Shown: positions 13,201 through 24,285 of the stretch, in pieces
How positions within the stretch are numbered: the stretch's first letter is position 1
How the letters are laid out: each line of letters starts with the position of its first letter
Notes under the pieces: model-generated
Seen by the model: only the letters and a program-made list of their open reading frames with translations
Told to the model about the DNA's origin: nothing
Database searches by the model: none
Position numbers and translations under genes: made by a program
NCBI GenBank assembly: GCA_977018835.1
Contig: OZ361258.1
Location: 4,154,001-4,218,000 of the forward strand
Length of the DNA stretch: 64,000 bases
Source: Minutocellus sp. GHC0000111
Taxonomy: Eukaryota
Reading direction: 5' to 3'

Positions 13201-13641
13201 CCCCCAGACCAAACCCAAACCCGTCAGCTCCTCCTCCAACTTCGGCGGCAGCCGCCCGCGCTTCCGCACCTTGCCCACCTTCTTCACCCACGCCCCCAGC
13301 TCCTGCCCGCACGGCGTGACGTAGTCGTGCGGTACGCGGACGTCAAGAAAGGGCTCGGGACGGACGGACGAGGCGTACGTCCGAAGGAGCTGGAGCATCC
13401 GCTCCGAGGAGGACTGCTTGGCCGGCGCTGGTGCCGGTGCCGATTTCTTGCTGGCCGGTGCAGTATTGCCACTGCCATTTCCATTGCCGCTTCCGCCGCT
13501 GCCTTGGCCCTTTTGATTGGAACTTTCCGACATGGCATTGGTACCCACCGCCGCCGCCGAGGAGGGCTTGGTGTGATTCGCATTCTCTACCGACGACGAC
13601 GGCGAGAGGGAGCCGGACGACGGCGGGGCAGCAGCCTCCAT
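10228..13641 (-). CDS. Helicase-associated (HA) domain repeat protein; exons 13641-11441 and 11329-10228
   Basis: Repeated W...L..F..REGH..V.......LG.W...QR......L...RI..L...GF.W units. GTGAGT...CACAG intron 11440-11330 joins the ORFs in frame (VIL-DTSEDQW). Confidence 0.85.
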
Positions 13642-14391
13642 TTTGTTCTCCTGTCGAACTGTGTGCTATGTGACTGCGTCGCGTTGCAACTCAATTCATT
13701 CAAAATACCAGTCGATACACCGCACCTCTGGCCCACGCCGGCCAAGCTTTCAGATACTTTTGCTGGGACTGCAAACCGCCTATGCAGTCCCAAAATAATT
13801 CGCGTGGCTGCGCTGCTGCACGTTATGTGCTGCTTCTCTGTAGCTTTCAGTTCTCCCTTGGCCAATTGTTTTCAAATGATGCGAATGGCACCCAAGGCAG
13901 TGCTCAGGGGTGGACCATCGAACAGGAAGAAATGCTTGCCGGAAATGGTGCTGGTGGCAAACGCAACTGCTGAAGGAGCAGTCAGCACTTCAGTTTGTGC
14001 CAGTCTTGGGGTTTGGTTTGTGTTCCGCTCTCTTTGGAATTCGTCAGCTGCGTATGTGCAGTATGTGCCGGCACAAGATACGCCCAATGACTCCCCTTTC
14101 TCCTAATGCTAATTTACACAATGAAACCCAATTACGTACTAGTAGCACGGAAGAGGTGAAAGAGGTTGGGATAATATGCAGCAATCGATGCGATGTCAAT
14201 ATCACACCATGTGGTTGCCATCGTCAGCAAGTAAGTCAGTGGTTCCCTTTGTTTGTCTTGGTTGAACAAGCGTTCGGGAGGTGGCAGAGAAGCCCTCGCG
14301 AGGATGGCACGCCAAGACAATTGTTTGAAAATGGGCAAGAGGCATCTTCTCGGCCAAAATTTTAGTTCTAGACGTCTAGATCTACAGTATC

Positions 14392-14445
14392 ACTCGATCG
14401 AACAACTGGTGCCGTATTACTCGATCGAACAACTGGTGCCGTATT
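14392..14445. repeat. 27-bp direct tandem duplication
   Basis: ACTCGATCGAACAACTGGTGCCGTATT occurs twice in tandem. Confidence 0.85.
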
Positions 14446-14589
14446 GGATCATTGATCTACGTAGCTAGATCTAGGTGACATAGATAATTCATATACTTAA
14501 GAATGATGTGTGTTTGATGATGCACACACATCATGTGCATACGAGTCATACCGATACCGGAAGGTAGATCTAGATGGCACTCTTCTTAC

Positions 14590-15879
14590 TTACAAATCAC
14601 CCTGAGCACCCTCCTCCAAATCGTCGTCGTCATCATCATCTTCACCACCCAAGAATTTCTCCGGCAGAGCGCTGCAAACGGCACTGCTGCAAACAATGTC
14701 GTCAATGCGATTGATCATGTGCTCATCGCAGGTGATTTTGCAATTGCCATACTCGTCGTCCTCGGTGAAGAAATCTACATCTTGAGCGGCAATAATATCA
14801 TCGTTGTTCTTGTCATCCATGTTGGCGGCAGTCTTCGTCGCCGGTGTCCCAGCAGACTGGTTTCCTTCCTTCTTTTCCTCGCCGCCGTCATCGTCGTCAC
14901 CATCTTTGTTACGATCATCTCGATTCAAAAACAAAAAGCTTTCCATCATGAAATTCTCGCTGACGTCGGTGTAGCTACCGGTCAAGGATTGCTCTCGGAC
15001 CACCCTCCTATCGGCGGAAGCCGAGGCATCACCATCGACATCACCCGAGGTCGTGAGGCCGGTGGCAGCCGACACACCGGTGGTCTCACGCGCCACCACC
15101 ATGTCCATCTGCTCCTGCCGTTGTTGTTTGGCATCAATCCGCTGGAACATGGCCTTGTTGATCCGATTGAGCCGGACAATGTCGGCGTCGTCGTCGTGGT
15201 CGCCGTCGTCGTCGTTATCGACAACGACCGCTCGGCCGCCACCACAACTATTGGTGGTGTCATTCTTGTTGGCCGCCTGCTTCCACAGCGCGGCCCGGGC
15301 CGCCTCGGCCTTGGCCGATGCAAGGAGCCGCTCCTCGACGATGACTGCTGTCGCCGCTGCTGCTGCTTTCCCGTCGCTGTTGCCGTCGTTATCGTTGGCA
15401 ATGGACGACAGGTCCGAGGGTACCTCGTCCAGATCGACGGGATTCGAAACAATGCGACCAACATCCTTGGCGGTTGGTTCCACCCCCTTCTCCATCTCTT
15501 CCTTCTTCTCCTCTTGCTGCATCCCAGGCGCTACTGCACTCCCAAACATGTCCGCGACGGCACTGGCGGCCCCGTCCAGCATCCTTCGGAGCTCGCCGAT
15601 CCCCATCTCGATGCTGTCGTCGTTGGCCTCGGCCGGGTTTTCCACCCCCATTAGCAGCAGCCGCGCCTTCTCCTCGTCGAGCTGCTGCCGCTTTTCGGCC
15701 TCGACCCACTCGGCCTTGGACTGCTCCATCTCCCACGTGTCGGACGTCCGGAGGTCCATGGAGGTCGATGCCGCGTCGGCCAGGTCCACCTCGATCTGCA
15801 GCGTGGGCACCGTGGTCGTCTTCTTACCATTGGTGGAATTCGCACCATAATGAGGGCTCTTGCTGGCGGGAGTCTTCAT
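14590..15879 (-). CDS. Hypothetical acidic, low-complexity protein (429 aa)
   Basis: Long ATG-initiated ORF, D/E/A-rich; no domain recognised. Confidence 0.65.
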   Translation of the reverse strand: MKTPASKSPHYGANSTNGKKTTTVPTLQIEVDLADAASTSMDLRTSDTWEMEQSKAEWVEAEKRQQLDEEKARLLLMGVENPAEANDDSIEMGIGELRRMLDGAASAVADMFGSAVAPGMQQEEKKEEMEKGVEPTAKDVGRIVSNPVDLDEVPSDLSSIANDNDGNSDGKAAAAATAVIVEERLLASAKAEAARAALWKQAANKNDTTNSCGGGRAVVVDNDDDGDHDDDADIVRLNRINKAMFQRIDAKQQRQEQMDMVVARETTGVSAATGLTTSGDVDGDASASADRRVVREQSLTGSYTDVSENFMMESFLFLNRDDRNKDGDDDDGGEEKKEGNQSAGTPATKTAANMDDKNNDDIIAAQDVDFFTEDDEYGNCKITCDEHMINRIDDIVCSSAVCSALPEKFLGGEDDDDDDDLEEGAQGDL

Positions 15880-16152
15880 CTGCCCCCGACAGGCCGCCGG
15901 CCGAATTTTTTTATTTGAATTTTGCCGCCGGCCCGACCCCTCGTGGCGAAAAATATCATGAAATCGGGTGACCGGGCTGGCTCGCTTAATAAAACGTCAT
16001 TCCGAAAGTCCACTGCAAAATTTGAATTTTGCATGATGCCTCCACCTGGACGTCCGGCGGTGTAGTAAATAAAGATACATGTACGCATGCGCCAAAGCCC
16101 ATCACTTGCCTGCCAGAGTTACTCCCTCGCATTCAACACAATACGAAAGAAC

Positions 16153-17271
16153 ATGTTCCCCACGAGGCGATTCCTCTTCCTGGTGTTGGTGGCGTCCTGC
16201 TCCGCATCCGATGCTTCCTTCGATCATGTCGCAGCGAGGACTCATCTTCAAGCCAATAGGATTCAGTCCTCGCATGACGCCAAGGCATCGTGTCGTCTTC
16301 ATCAGCAGCAGCAGCAGCAGCAATATGCGCTGCTCGAAATCAGAGGAGGGGGCAGATGGGCCGGTCGGCGTCTCTCCGGACGGATGGCGCGGCGTCAAAC
16401 GAACAGCAATAGCAATCTCAATGCACCAGCCGCTAACCAGATGCAAAAATCGCAGACGACGGACAAGCAAAACAGTGGCAACGACCGCGTCACCAACAAA
16501 TCGACAAATGCATTACGAAAAGTCCTTCCCTGGGCAGGTGCCGCGGCTCTCATTTCTCTGCTCTTCGTCGAGCATGCCGAAAACATCAGTGCCTACATTG
16601 CATCACTCAAGCCGGAATGGATGGACATGGAGGCCTTCAAGGCCAAGTTGCTCGACAAGTTGACGGAAATCAACGAACAGGGTGGTCCAAGAGGGTTAGC
16701 GTTGTATGTCGTATTTCTTTCCCTGTGGGCGGCATGCGGCCTCACCACCATACCGGTGGAATCGTCGGCGGGCATGGCCTTTGGGTGGCGCAATGGGCTG
16801 ATCCTCAATGCCACGGGCAAGATGACGGGCTCGCTACTGGCCTATGGCATCGGACGTATCTTCCTGGAGGAGACCGTGGTGTCCAAATTGGAAGAAAACG
16901 AAATATTTGACCTTGTGGACAAGGCCGTGGCGAAACGACCCTACCGCACATCGGTTTTGGTCCGCTTCTTCCCCTTCCCGGAATTGGTAAAGAATCTGGC
17001 ATTGTCCATTTTGCCGCCGGTGCAGCTGGGGGTGTTTTTGGCAGCGACCTTTCCGCACACCTTCCCCTTTACTTTGCTTTGGACGTGGCTGGGCTGTGAT
17101 ACGGTGGCACATATGCGAAATGATACCTTGGCACCCAATAAGATCCTGGCGGCGGTGTTGGTGGGTGTAACGGCATTCGGTGTCTTTGGATCTCCGGCTC
17201 TTGCTGCTTTGTTTGTGCGATCGATGAAGCTGGAGCATGACAGGGCGGTGGCCGAGAAGAAGCAGAGGTAA
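16153..17271 (+). CDS. VTT / SNARE-associated Golgi (TVP38/TMEM64, DedA superfamily) membrane protein
   Basis: PVESSAGMAFGW, GSLLAYGIGR and RFFPFPELVKN fit the VTT pattern; several TM segments; signal peptide after ATG 16153 (an upstream ATG exists at 16087). Confidence 0.8.
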   Translation: MFPTRRFLFLVLVASCSASDASFDHVAARTHLQANRIQSSHDAKASCRLHQQQQQQQYALLEIRGGGRWAGRRLSGRMARRQTNSNSNLNAPAANQMQKSQTTDKQNSGNDRVTNKSTNALRKVLPWAGAAALISLLFVEHAENISAYIASLKPEWMDMEAFKAKLLDKLTEINEQGGPRGLALYVVFLSLWAACGLTTIPVESSAGMAFGWRNGLILNATGKMTGSLLAYGIGRIFLEETVVSKLEENEIFDLVDKAVAKRPYRTSVLVRFFPFPELVKNLALSILPPVQLGVFLAATFPHTFPFTLLWTWLGCDTVAHMRNDTLAPNKILAAVLVGVTAFGVFGSPALAALFVRSMKLEHDRAVAEKKQR

Positions 17272-17360
17272 TAGGAACTACTAGTACGAGCGACATATAT
17301 TCTTAATTTCTAACAATTGTAGAATTATCAATGCTAGCTACAACTCAAAATAATTATGGG

Positions 17361-19142
17361 TCATCTAAGACTTTCATCGCTGGATACGCCAGAATCGTTG
17401 TCTTCGCCCTCCTTTGCCGTTGGCATTTCCTTTGCGCTTGACTCTGTGGCCGTAGGAATTGACGAACCAGCAGCATCAGTCGAGGCAGCAAAATCGTGAT
17501 GTCCGAGCGCCTCATTGTCGGGCAGTGCCAGCTGATCGACGACCGTGTTCAAATGACTACGCATTTTCATGTACGTCCGCTGCGTCGACGACTTCATCTC
17601 GTTCATCCGCCGTTCGCTCTTGGTTTTGAGTTCATCCATTGCTCGGCGCGGGGCTTCGTCGTCAGTGAGAAGAGGCCGTATCGACTTGCCGATCCGGCTC
17701 AGACCACTGCGGAAGGAGCTAGTAGAAGCGGAGGGTGCGGGAGCTGCTGAAGCATTTGAGGAGGTCTCAGATATTCTTCTGCTACAACCGGCACTACCGG
17801 TACCAGCGTTAGAAACACTGGCTTCATTCTTTTCGGCGAAAGAGTCATCACCGCCTCCCTTCCGATCTGCGTCGGCATCGGAATCGTCTGATTTCTTGGC
17901 TGCAACGTCTTTTTCATCATCGCCCTCTGCAATAGCACCCTTCTTCTTGTCGTCGTCGATGGAATCAATCAGATCCACCAGCTTATCACGGCCCTTGTCC
18001 ATAACCTTCTTGGCACCCTCAAACTCCGTGCTGAGCACACCGAGACCGGCACCAGCAATCAGTATCCCACCAGGAGTCGGGAGGGGTGTCAGTACCGCCC
18101 CAACGGCCACCATGGCACCGCCCGTCACCGCCACTCCAGCCTTGCGTGCACCCTTGAGCATGGACGACATGGCATCGTCGACGGTAGCACCGCCGCTACC
18201 ACCCTTCTTGTCGCGGGGGTCGCCGAGCTTGTACCCCAATGCAATCATGGTTTGGGGGTAGGCCGGGTAGGGTGGGTACGAGGTGGCCTCGCTGGTGCTG
18301 GTGTCTTTGCCATGTTCTGTAGCTGCCGCAATACTAGTACCTGTAGCACTTGTTTGCTCTCCGATGGCCGCGCCGTCGGAAGCGCTGACGTTAGACCCAG
18401 TTCTGGAAATTGTCATCGATGCAGCGCTGCCACCACTCACGTCCGACGTCTTCTTCTTTTGCACGGCATTCCGCAGGTTGACAATCTTCCCGGAAACGTC
18501 GCGATGGACGACGAATCCCTCCCGGACGGCCGGTGAGATGGCACCGGCACCTCCTGCTGAAGATGCACCGGCGATGCCCTTGGAGCGTAGAAAGGCCTGC
18601 TGTGCCTCGCGCTGGAGGCGCTGCCGCTCCGCCAGACTCAGATTTTGATTGGAAGGTGGCGGAGGAGCGGTGGACATTGCCGGTGGCGGCTGCATTTGTG
18701 CGTCGTCATTGCTCCTCTCTTCGGTACTAGTCGCAGTATCCTCCATACTGGCACATACTTCAGTTCCGAGTGCTGGTGAATCTGGCGCATCTTCTGCGGC
18801 CGATGAATTCACCGCCTCGCCGCAATCGGCATCAATTCTAGCCTCGATGGGCACCGGCTGTTCATCCGGGGACGTAGCAGTATCTGCACCTGACATCCTA
18901 TCAGCAGTTCGAGGGCCTGCTGGAACAGGTGCGCCGCCAATTTCCTCCCAGGACCACTCCGAGTCGACTGCCGCCCGGCCCTCTTTGCTCGTGGCAATGT
19001 CGACGTCGGCACTCCGCTGACGGAATGGCAGGCCAGCCAGTGGTTTCCCTGCCTCGCTGTGGACGGTGGCTTCGGGTTCAAGGGAAGGCGATCGGCCGGC
19101 AGCTACGCGTTCGGTGCTGCCGACTGCTGGCCGCACCATCAT
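17361..19142 (-). CDS. Hypothetical protein with a PGPGW-like transmembrane hairpin
   Basis: AVGAVLTPLPTPGGILIAGAGLGVLSTEFEGAK resembles the PGPGW family, set in low-complexity sequence. Confidence 0.65.
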   Translation of the reverse strand: MMVRPAVGSTERVAAGRSPSLEPEATVHSEAGKPLAGLPFRQRSADVDIATSKEGRAAVDSEWSWEEIGGAPVPAGPRTADRMSGADTATSPDEQPVPIEARIDADCGEAVNSSAAEDAPDSPALGTEVCASMEDTATSTEERSNDDAQMQPPPAMSTAPPPPSNQNLSLAERQRLQREAQQAFLRSKGIAGASSAGGAGAISPAVREGFVVHRDVSGKIVNLRNAVQKKKTSDVSGGSAASMTISRTGSNVSASDGAAIGEQTSATGTSIAAATEHGKDTSTSEATSYPPYPAYPQTMIALGYKLGDPRDKKGGSGGATVDDAMSSMLKGARKAGVAVTGGAMVAVGAVLTPLPTPGGILIAGAGLGVLSTEFEGAKKVMDKGRDKLVDLIDSIDDDKKKGAIAEGDDEKDVAAKKSDDSDADADRKGGGDDSFAEKNEASVSNAGTGSAGCSRRISETSSNASAAPAPSASTSSFRSGLSRIGKSIRPLLTDDEAPRRAMDELKTKSERRMNEMKSSTQRTYMKMRSHLNTVVDQLALPDNEALGHHDFAASTDAAGSSIPTATESSAKEMPTAKEGEDNDSGVSSDESLR

Positions 19143-19419
19143 TGAGAAAATGACGGATCAGCGAGGTGAGTGTCGGAAAGAAAAGATGAAGATCTCTTAT
19201 AGGGACATTTGGGAAGCATATTTTCGGCAAAAGCAGCGTTGCGGCTTGCTTCCGAGCAGAGCTTCCGCTCCCCTTGGTTTTCAGGACGGATAAAAAAAAG
19301 ACATTTACAATTGTCTTGCTTACTATTTACATAACATAAAAAATTACACATGGACATGTCCATGTAATGAAGGTTTCGAAACATCCAGTGCAATGTCTGA
19401 CTAACTGCCTCCGCTGCCG

Positions 19420-22400
19420 TCAGTCCGTGTAGCCCTGAACCTGCAGATCCAAGCACTTTCTCTGGGCTCCCCATTTGGCGTAGGCTTCGTAGGCCAGATC
19501 ATACTGCCTGCGTGAGGAGACCTCGTCGCCGACCTTATCCGATGAAAGAAACGCGCCGTACCGCTCGCGGGCCAGGCCCTCCTCGTTGGGGAACCCATGC
19601 TCTAAGGCCAACCGCGTTGCCTTCTCGTAGGCCTTGGCGGCACCTTCCATGTCGCCGGATGTCCATAGAGCCTCCGCCTGGAGCACTGCCAGCTTATGCT
19701 CGCAGTTCCAAGACGAGACATAGGCCCACGTTTCCATTTTGCCCATGGCGTTGTCGATAAAATCCTCGTATGAAGCACTCTGCTCTGGACGACAACGCTT
19801 CATCACGAGGGCAGCAAGACAGCCGTAGAACGTGCAGGTGATGCTCTCGAATTTTCCCATCATCGTCTTCGGCAGGTCGTACTCCATGCACTTTTTGTAC
19901 ATTTCCATACCACGATCAAATCTGCCAAAGATGCACGCCAGGGTCAACTTCATGAGGTAGTAAAAACATGTTCCGATGTTGTTGTTCTTCTCAATAAGGC
20001 TCAACATGTATTCTTCCTCCTGCATCACTTCACCGGAAAGAATCGTTGGGTCGTAGCTGCCGCAGCGTTCCGATAGATTCAATATAGCCTGCCACAATGA
20101 CTCGTTGAGCGTTGACATCAGTTGCATTCGATACAAGTTGGCATCATTCAGGAGTGTTCTACAATCATCTGCTGCATCACCCAAGGGCCGGCCGGAATGG
20201 AACGATATTGCAATGTAATGCCGAAGAGAGAGCAAGGCAAACTCTGGGTCACCCGATGCTATTGTAGCATTGTAAGCCTTCATTAGTTGCGGAGGAATTG
20301 CTTGCAGTGGCTCGACCCAAATATTGATGCAACCACACACGACGGTACTGCAACGGGCGAGAATATCCTTCGCTTGAAAGTTATCCATGATAACCCAAGA
20401 GAGCTTCCCAGCCTCGTAGGCTTCTTCGTAGTCAGCAAGTACACCGCATAAGCCCATTCCATACACAGCGAATCCAAATGCCCATTGCTTACAGAGGCCG
20501 TAACGGATTAAAAGCTGAATCATGCGGCAGGCTATAAAAGATACCTTCGAACCATCCGTCATAAAGACATAGAGTGACAGAGCGTAGAGAAATTTCATCG
20601 CGTAGAGTTTCTGTTTGTCTGTCATGATGTGATGGCTCTCAAACCACTGCCTGTCTTTCGACACGAGCATACCTTTCGTGTAAGAGAGTTCAGTCAAGAT
20701 CGTCTGCGCGTTTGCATTTTCGTCAAAAGTCTCGCCGAGTTGCTGGAGCACTTCAAAGCCTATGCTGACAGCGGCCTTGAGATCATTTTGAGCTGCACTT
20801 GCGCTCATTAGAGTGTAGTATGCTCGAAGCTTTTCGCTGTACTCCCGAGCGCGCTCCAGAATTTCGTTCAGAACAAAGGTCATCTCTTCGTACTTGCCTG
20901 TGGCATATTCGGCCTCGGCAAGACAATTATGAGTCTCCAAGCAAAGATCATAGTCGCATTCCCAGGCATCAGCATCCAGCAAACTGGTGGCCGTTCGCAA
21001 GTAAACCACTGCAGTTGGATATGCCAACGATGATATAGCAGCTTTCCCGGCTCTCAAGTTGAGGCTAGTTAGTTTGGACCTTTCTGAGCGACTATTGATC
21101 AGGGGTAGGCCTTGATTCAATTGGTCCACGCAAGTGAAGAGAGTGTCTTCCGCAGACGCCATCAAAGCCCTTGCTTCCAAGCTTCGACCGATCATTAAAT
21201 GGAAAGATGCCCGTTCGTTGACGCCTATCAGAGAGTATGCCGCCTGCTGAATCTGATCATGGCTGAAACGAAACGAGTTGCCAGCTCTATACATGAGACC
21301 TTCTTCAACAGTGCGCTGCATTATCGTGGCCAGACTGCTTTCCTCTGGTAGGCCAAGACCACTGCTTAGCACCCTTAAGGTCGGGATGCTAGCTTCAGCT
21401 CCTAAACACGCTGCGATCTTGATAGCCAAACTCTCAGTCGCACCTAGTCGAATCAACTTTCGCCGCATTAGATCAACTACATTTGTGTGAATCTTCATTA
21501 TACTGATTGCATCAGCTTCCCATTCCCATCGTTGCGTGCGGAGGGAGTAATAGAGCAGTTCTTGACGCTCCAAATCCGCCAAAAGCTCTACTACAAAGAG
21601 GCAATTACCAGAAGTCTTGGAATGGACAGTCTCGGCTAGGGGCTCCGTCAATAACGGTGATAATTGCAGCACGTCGGATATAAGGGCGTTGACGCTGCCC
21701 TTGTTCATGTTGTCGAGGACAATATTGTTGACGGTCACTCCAGCCAGACGGATGCTGTCGAGATGGGACAAGAGTGCATGTCCTTCCTCTACTTCATTGC
21801 TACGATAGCAACCAACGAAAAGGAAGGCCTTCTTGTCACCCTCAGATACTACCGATTTAATTAAGGCAAGGCTTAGTTCGTCGGCCCACTGTAGATCATC
21901 GAGGAAAAGAACGACGGGATTCATGGGCGCTGCCATGGCACTAAACAATTTCCGAAAGTTCTGCATCAGTCTATTCATTGCTTGGCTGTCGACTGTCTCG
22001 GCATCTGCATTTGCGTAGAGATCGGCATTGTGGGCAGATTGAACAATTGGACCAGTTGGTCCTGCCATCAACACATTTTGCAGTTTTGGTATCAGTTGTA
22101 TTAAAAGATCAGACCCTTCTCCGACGGCACCTTGAATAGCCGCTTGAATTTGGTTGAAATGGGCATCATTCCGTCTAGACATGAGATCATCGCAAAACGT
22201 ATTGAGCGCCGAGATGATGGCTGATAGTGGTCTGGCCTGTTTCAGAGCATCGAACTTGCCCGCAATGAAGAACCCGCCCCGATCAAGTGTTGGCTGGCGA
22301 AGCTGTCGGACGAGGCTGGTCTTGCCAATGCCGGAGTAACCAGACACCATCACCGCTTCATGACCGCCTTTGCCAATGACCCTATGGAAGATGGATGCCA

Positions 22401-23955
22401 AAATTGTGCTTGACTCCTCACGTCCATACAGGCAATCCTTGGGAAACACAAGCCGAGGAGGAGTCCCATCTGAAGCGCCAGGCGCGGAGGGCACGGGGCT
22501 GCTGTCGTACAGGTCAAAATGATACTGCTGCGGGTTCTCCACCATGAGCTGAAAGATGTTGGCATAATCGGCGGCGACCTTTCGGATGGCACCGTCACTT
22601 TCCGAAGCCCCCTTGGTCCGTATGTCGATCAAATCCATAACGATGGAATCCACGGCAGTCGGGAGGCCGAGGTCGCGGAGAGGAGTCACATTCGTTGCCG
22701 CCTCAGTCCTACTCCGCTTCTTTTGGGTTGGAAGAACGGCGGTAGACAGCGAGGCCATCAAGGCATCGGCCTCCTTTTCTTTCTGGAACGGTGCCACTCC
22801 GGAAAATATCTCGTATAGGACGGCCCCGGCATTGTGCAGATCGGATCGGACTCTTTCGGCGATTTCGGGTGCCGATGTGGGTTGCAAGGGTGGTGACTGC
22901 GACAGGTCGTTGTCAAATGCGATGCGATATACGCCATCGCTGTCATTTCTATCGCCGCCGCCGGAAACACAATTACTGTTGCAAACACGCATGGAATTGG
23001 CGCCAATGGCATCTCCCCCGAACGTGATGTCATTTCCGTGATACAGGGCGACCATCCGCAACAATGCCAGGGACAGCGCCGCCGCCTTCCGCTGATAGTG
23101 CCGATCGGCCTCGTCGACCTGCGATCCGTGGAGGGACATGGACCGGATCATCTCGGCGTTGACCCATTCCCGTATGGTCGGCCCTGTTGCATCCGCTGTA
23201 CATGTGTACATATTTGCCGCCGCCGCCGCCGCTGGTGCTGGCTCTAGCGCTGCTGGTGGTGCATACATGTATGCAACCTCCGTGGCCACCGCGGTGCATG
23301 CAACGCCAGAAGATACATGTGCCCCCACCCCCGCCGCCGAAGCCACTGCCTGTTGGTCGTTCCCACCCAAATTGGATTTTTTAGCAGCAGCAGCATCACG
23401 TCCCCTCCCCCACCCACACCCGGGCTGCCGCGGCTTGTCCTGCCGCAGCATCTGCTTCATCTTGGTCAGCACGACCGCCTCGTCGGCCGGAGTCCAGTAC
23501 GTGTCTTCTCGTGTTGTTCTTTGGTTTGTCGCGATGCCGGCACTTGTCAGCTCGGCCTCGGTGGCCTGCCGGAGAAATCTGCCCCGACGAATACCAGATG
23601 CTGCGCTTGCAGTTGCACTTGCACTTGCATTTGCACCTTCACCCGCAGCATCGCTCTGCTCGGCGGCGGTTGTATTAATACATGCATCATCCATCCAACC
23701 CTCGGTCAAAACGCAGTTCATCACCTCCCGCGCCAGCCTATCCTTGGCGGCGTTCGCCGCGGCTGTAACGTAGTCGTCCTTGCGCGCCGCGATGACGACG
23801 CTCCGCAGATGGACGTTGCCGGGATGGTTCTGGATGGGCCTGCCCCGGCCGAGCAGGACGTCGGTCGGTCGGACGGCGGATTGGGGGATGAGCTCGAGCT
23901 GAGGCTCGACGATTGGAGCCGGAATCATTGGCTGCTGTTGCTGCTGCTGCTGCAT
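19420..23955 (-). CDS. DUF6824 + degenerate kinase remnant + STAND/AAA_16 ATPase + TPR-like helical protein (1511 aa, intronless)
   Basis: DVLLGRG..IQNHPGN...KMKQMLR (DUF6824); SDLHNAGAVLYEIFSGVAPF (kinase subdomain IX-like); LYGRE, SGYSGIGKT, FLDDLQWAD, YRSNEV, FSHDQIQQAAY, WGAQRK. Confidence 0.9.
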   Translation of the reverse strand: MQQQQQQQPMIPAPIVEPQLELIPQSAVRPTDVLLGRGRPIQNHPGNVHLRSVVIAARKDDYVTAAANAAKDRLAREVMNCVLTEGWMDDACINTTAAEQSDAAGEGANASASATASAASGIRRGRFLRQATEAELTSAGIATNQRTTREDTYWTPADEAVVLTKMKQMLRQDKPRQPGCGWGRGRDAAAAKKSNLGGNDQQAVASAAGVGAHVSSGVACTAVATEVAYMYAPPAALEPAPAAAAAANMYTCTADATGPTIREWVNAEMIRSMSLHGSQVDEADRHYQRKAAALSLALLRMVALYHGNDITFGGDAIGANSMRVCNSNCVSGGGDRNDSDGVYRIAFDNDLSQSPPLQPTSAPEIAERVRSDLHNAGAVLYEIFSGVAPFQKEKEADALMASLSTAVLPTQKKRSRTEAATNVTPLRDLGLPTAVDSIVMDLIDIRTKGASESDGAIRKVAADYANIFQLMVENPQQYHFDLYDSSPVPSAPGASDGTPPRLVFPKDCLYGREESSTILASIFHRVIGKGGHEAVMVSGYSGIGKTSLVRQLRQPTLDRGGFFIAGKFDALKQARPLSAIISALNTFCDDLMSRRNDAHFNQIQAAIQGAVGEGSDLLIQLIPKLQNVLMAGPTGPIVQSAHNADLYANADAETVDSQAMNRLMQNFRKLFSAMAAPMNPVVLFLDDLQWADELSLALIKSVVSEGDKKAFLFVGCYRSNEVEEGHALLSHLDSIRLAGVTVNNIVLDNMNKGSVNALISDVLQLSPLLTEPLAETVHSKTSGNCLFVVELLADLERQELLYYSLRTQRWEWEADAISIMKIHTNVVDLMRRKLIRLGATESLAIKIAACLGAEASIPTLRVLSSGLGLPEESSLATIMQRTVEEGLMYRAGNSFRFSHDQIQQAAYSLIGVNERASFHLMIGRSLEARALMASAEDTLFTCVDQLNQGLPLINSRSERSKLTSLNLRAGKAAISSLAYPTAVVYLRTATSLLDADAWECDYDLCLETHNCLAEAEYATGKYEEMTFVLNEILERAREYSEKLRAYYTLMSASAAQNDLKAAVSIGFEVLQQLGETFDENANAQTILTELSYTKGMLVSKDRQWFESHHIMTDKQKLYAMKFLYALSLYVFMTDGSKVSFIACRMIQLLIRYGLCKQWAFGFAVYGMGLCGVLADYEEAYEAGKLSWVIMDNFQAKDILARCSTVVCGCINIWVEPLQAIPPQLMKAYNATIASGDPEFALLSLRHYIAISFHSGRPLGDAADDCRTLLNDANLYRMQLMSTLNESLWQAILNLSERCGSYDPTILSGEVMQEEEYMLSLIEKNNNIGTCFYYLMKLTLACIFGRFDRGMEMYKKCMEYDLPKTMMGKFESITCTFYGCLAALVMKRCRPEQSASYEDFIDNAMGKMETWAYVSSWNCEHKLAVLQAEALWTSGDMEGAAKAYEKATRLALEHGFPNEEGLARERYGAFLSSDKVGDEVSSRRQYDLAYEAYAKWGAQRKCLDLQVQGYTD

Positions 23956-24285
23956 CGTTGATGTCGTCGTCGCGCACTTCTAGCTAGAGAGAGAGAGAGA
24001 GAGGGAGAGGCGAGACGAGCCACATAAGAGATGAAAGATTAGTAGGAATTCCTACACGCAGGTCATCCATGTGTTTTGTTTGAGGGAAAGGCCGGGCGAG
24101 GACCGATGCGTCATGCACAAGGAACAGAAGAAACCTGCGCAGAAAGTCAAAACTTCATCGACCTACGTACTATTGTACGTACACGTACTCGCTAGTACGT
24201 GTACGCAATCGTGACGTCGATCAGCATCTCAGCGCCATCTATCTCAGCGCATGCAGTCATCAGAGCATCACCATTCTCTTGAGCC

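Noticed and set aside
23984..24003. (GA)n microsatellite and poly-CAG tracts
   Set aside because: Ordinary simple repeats.
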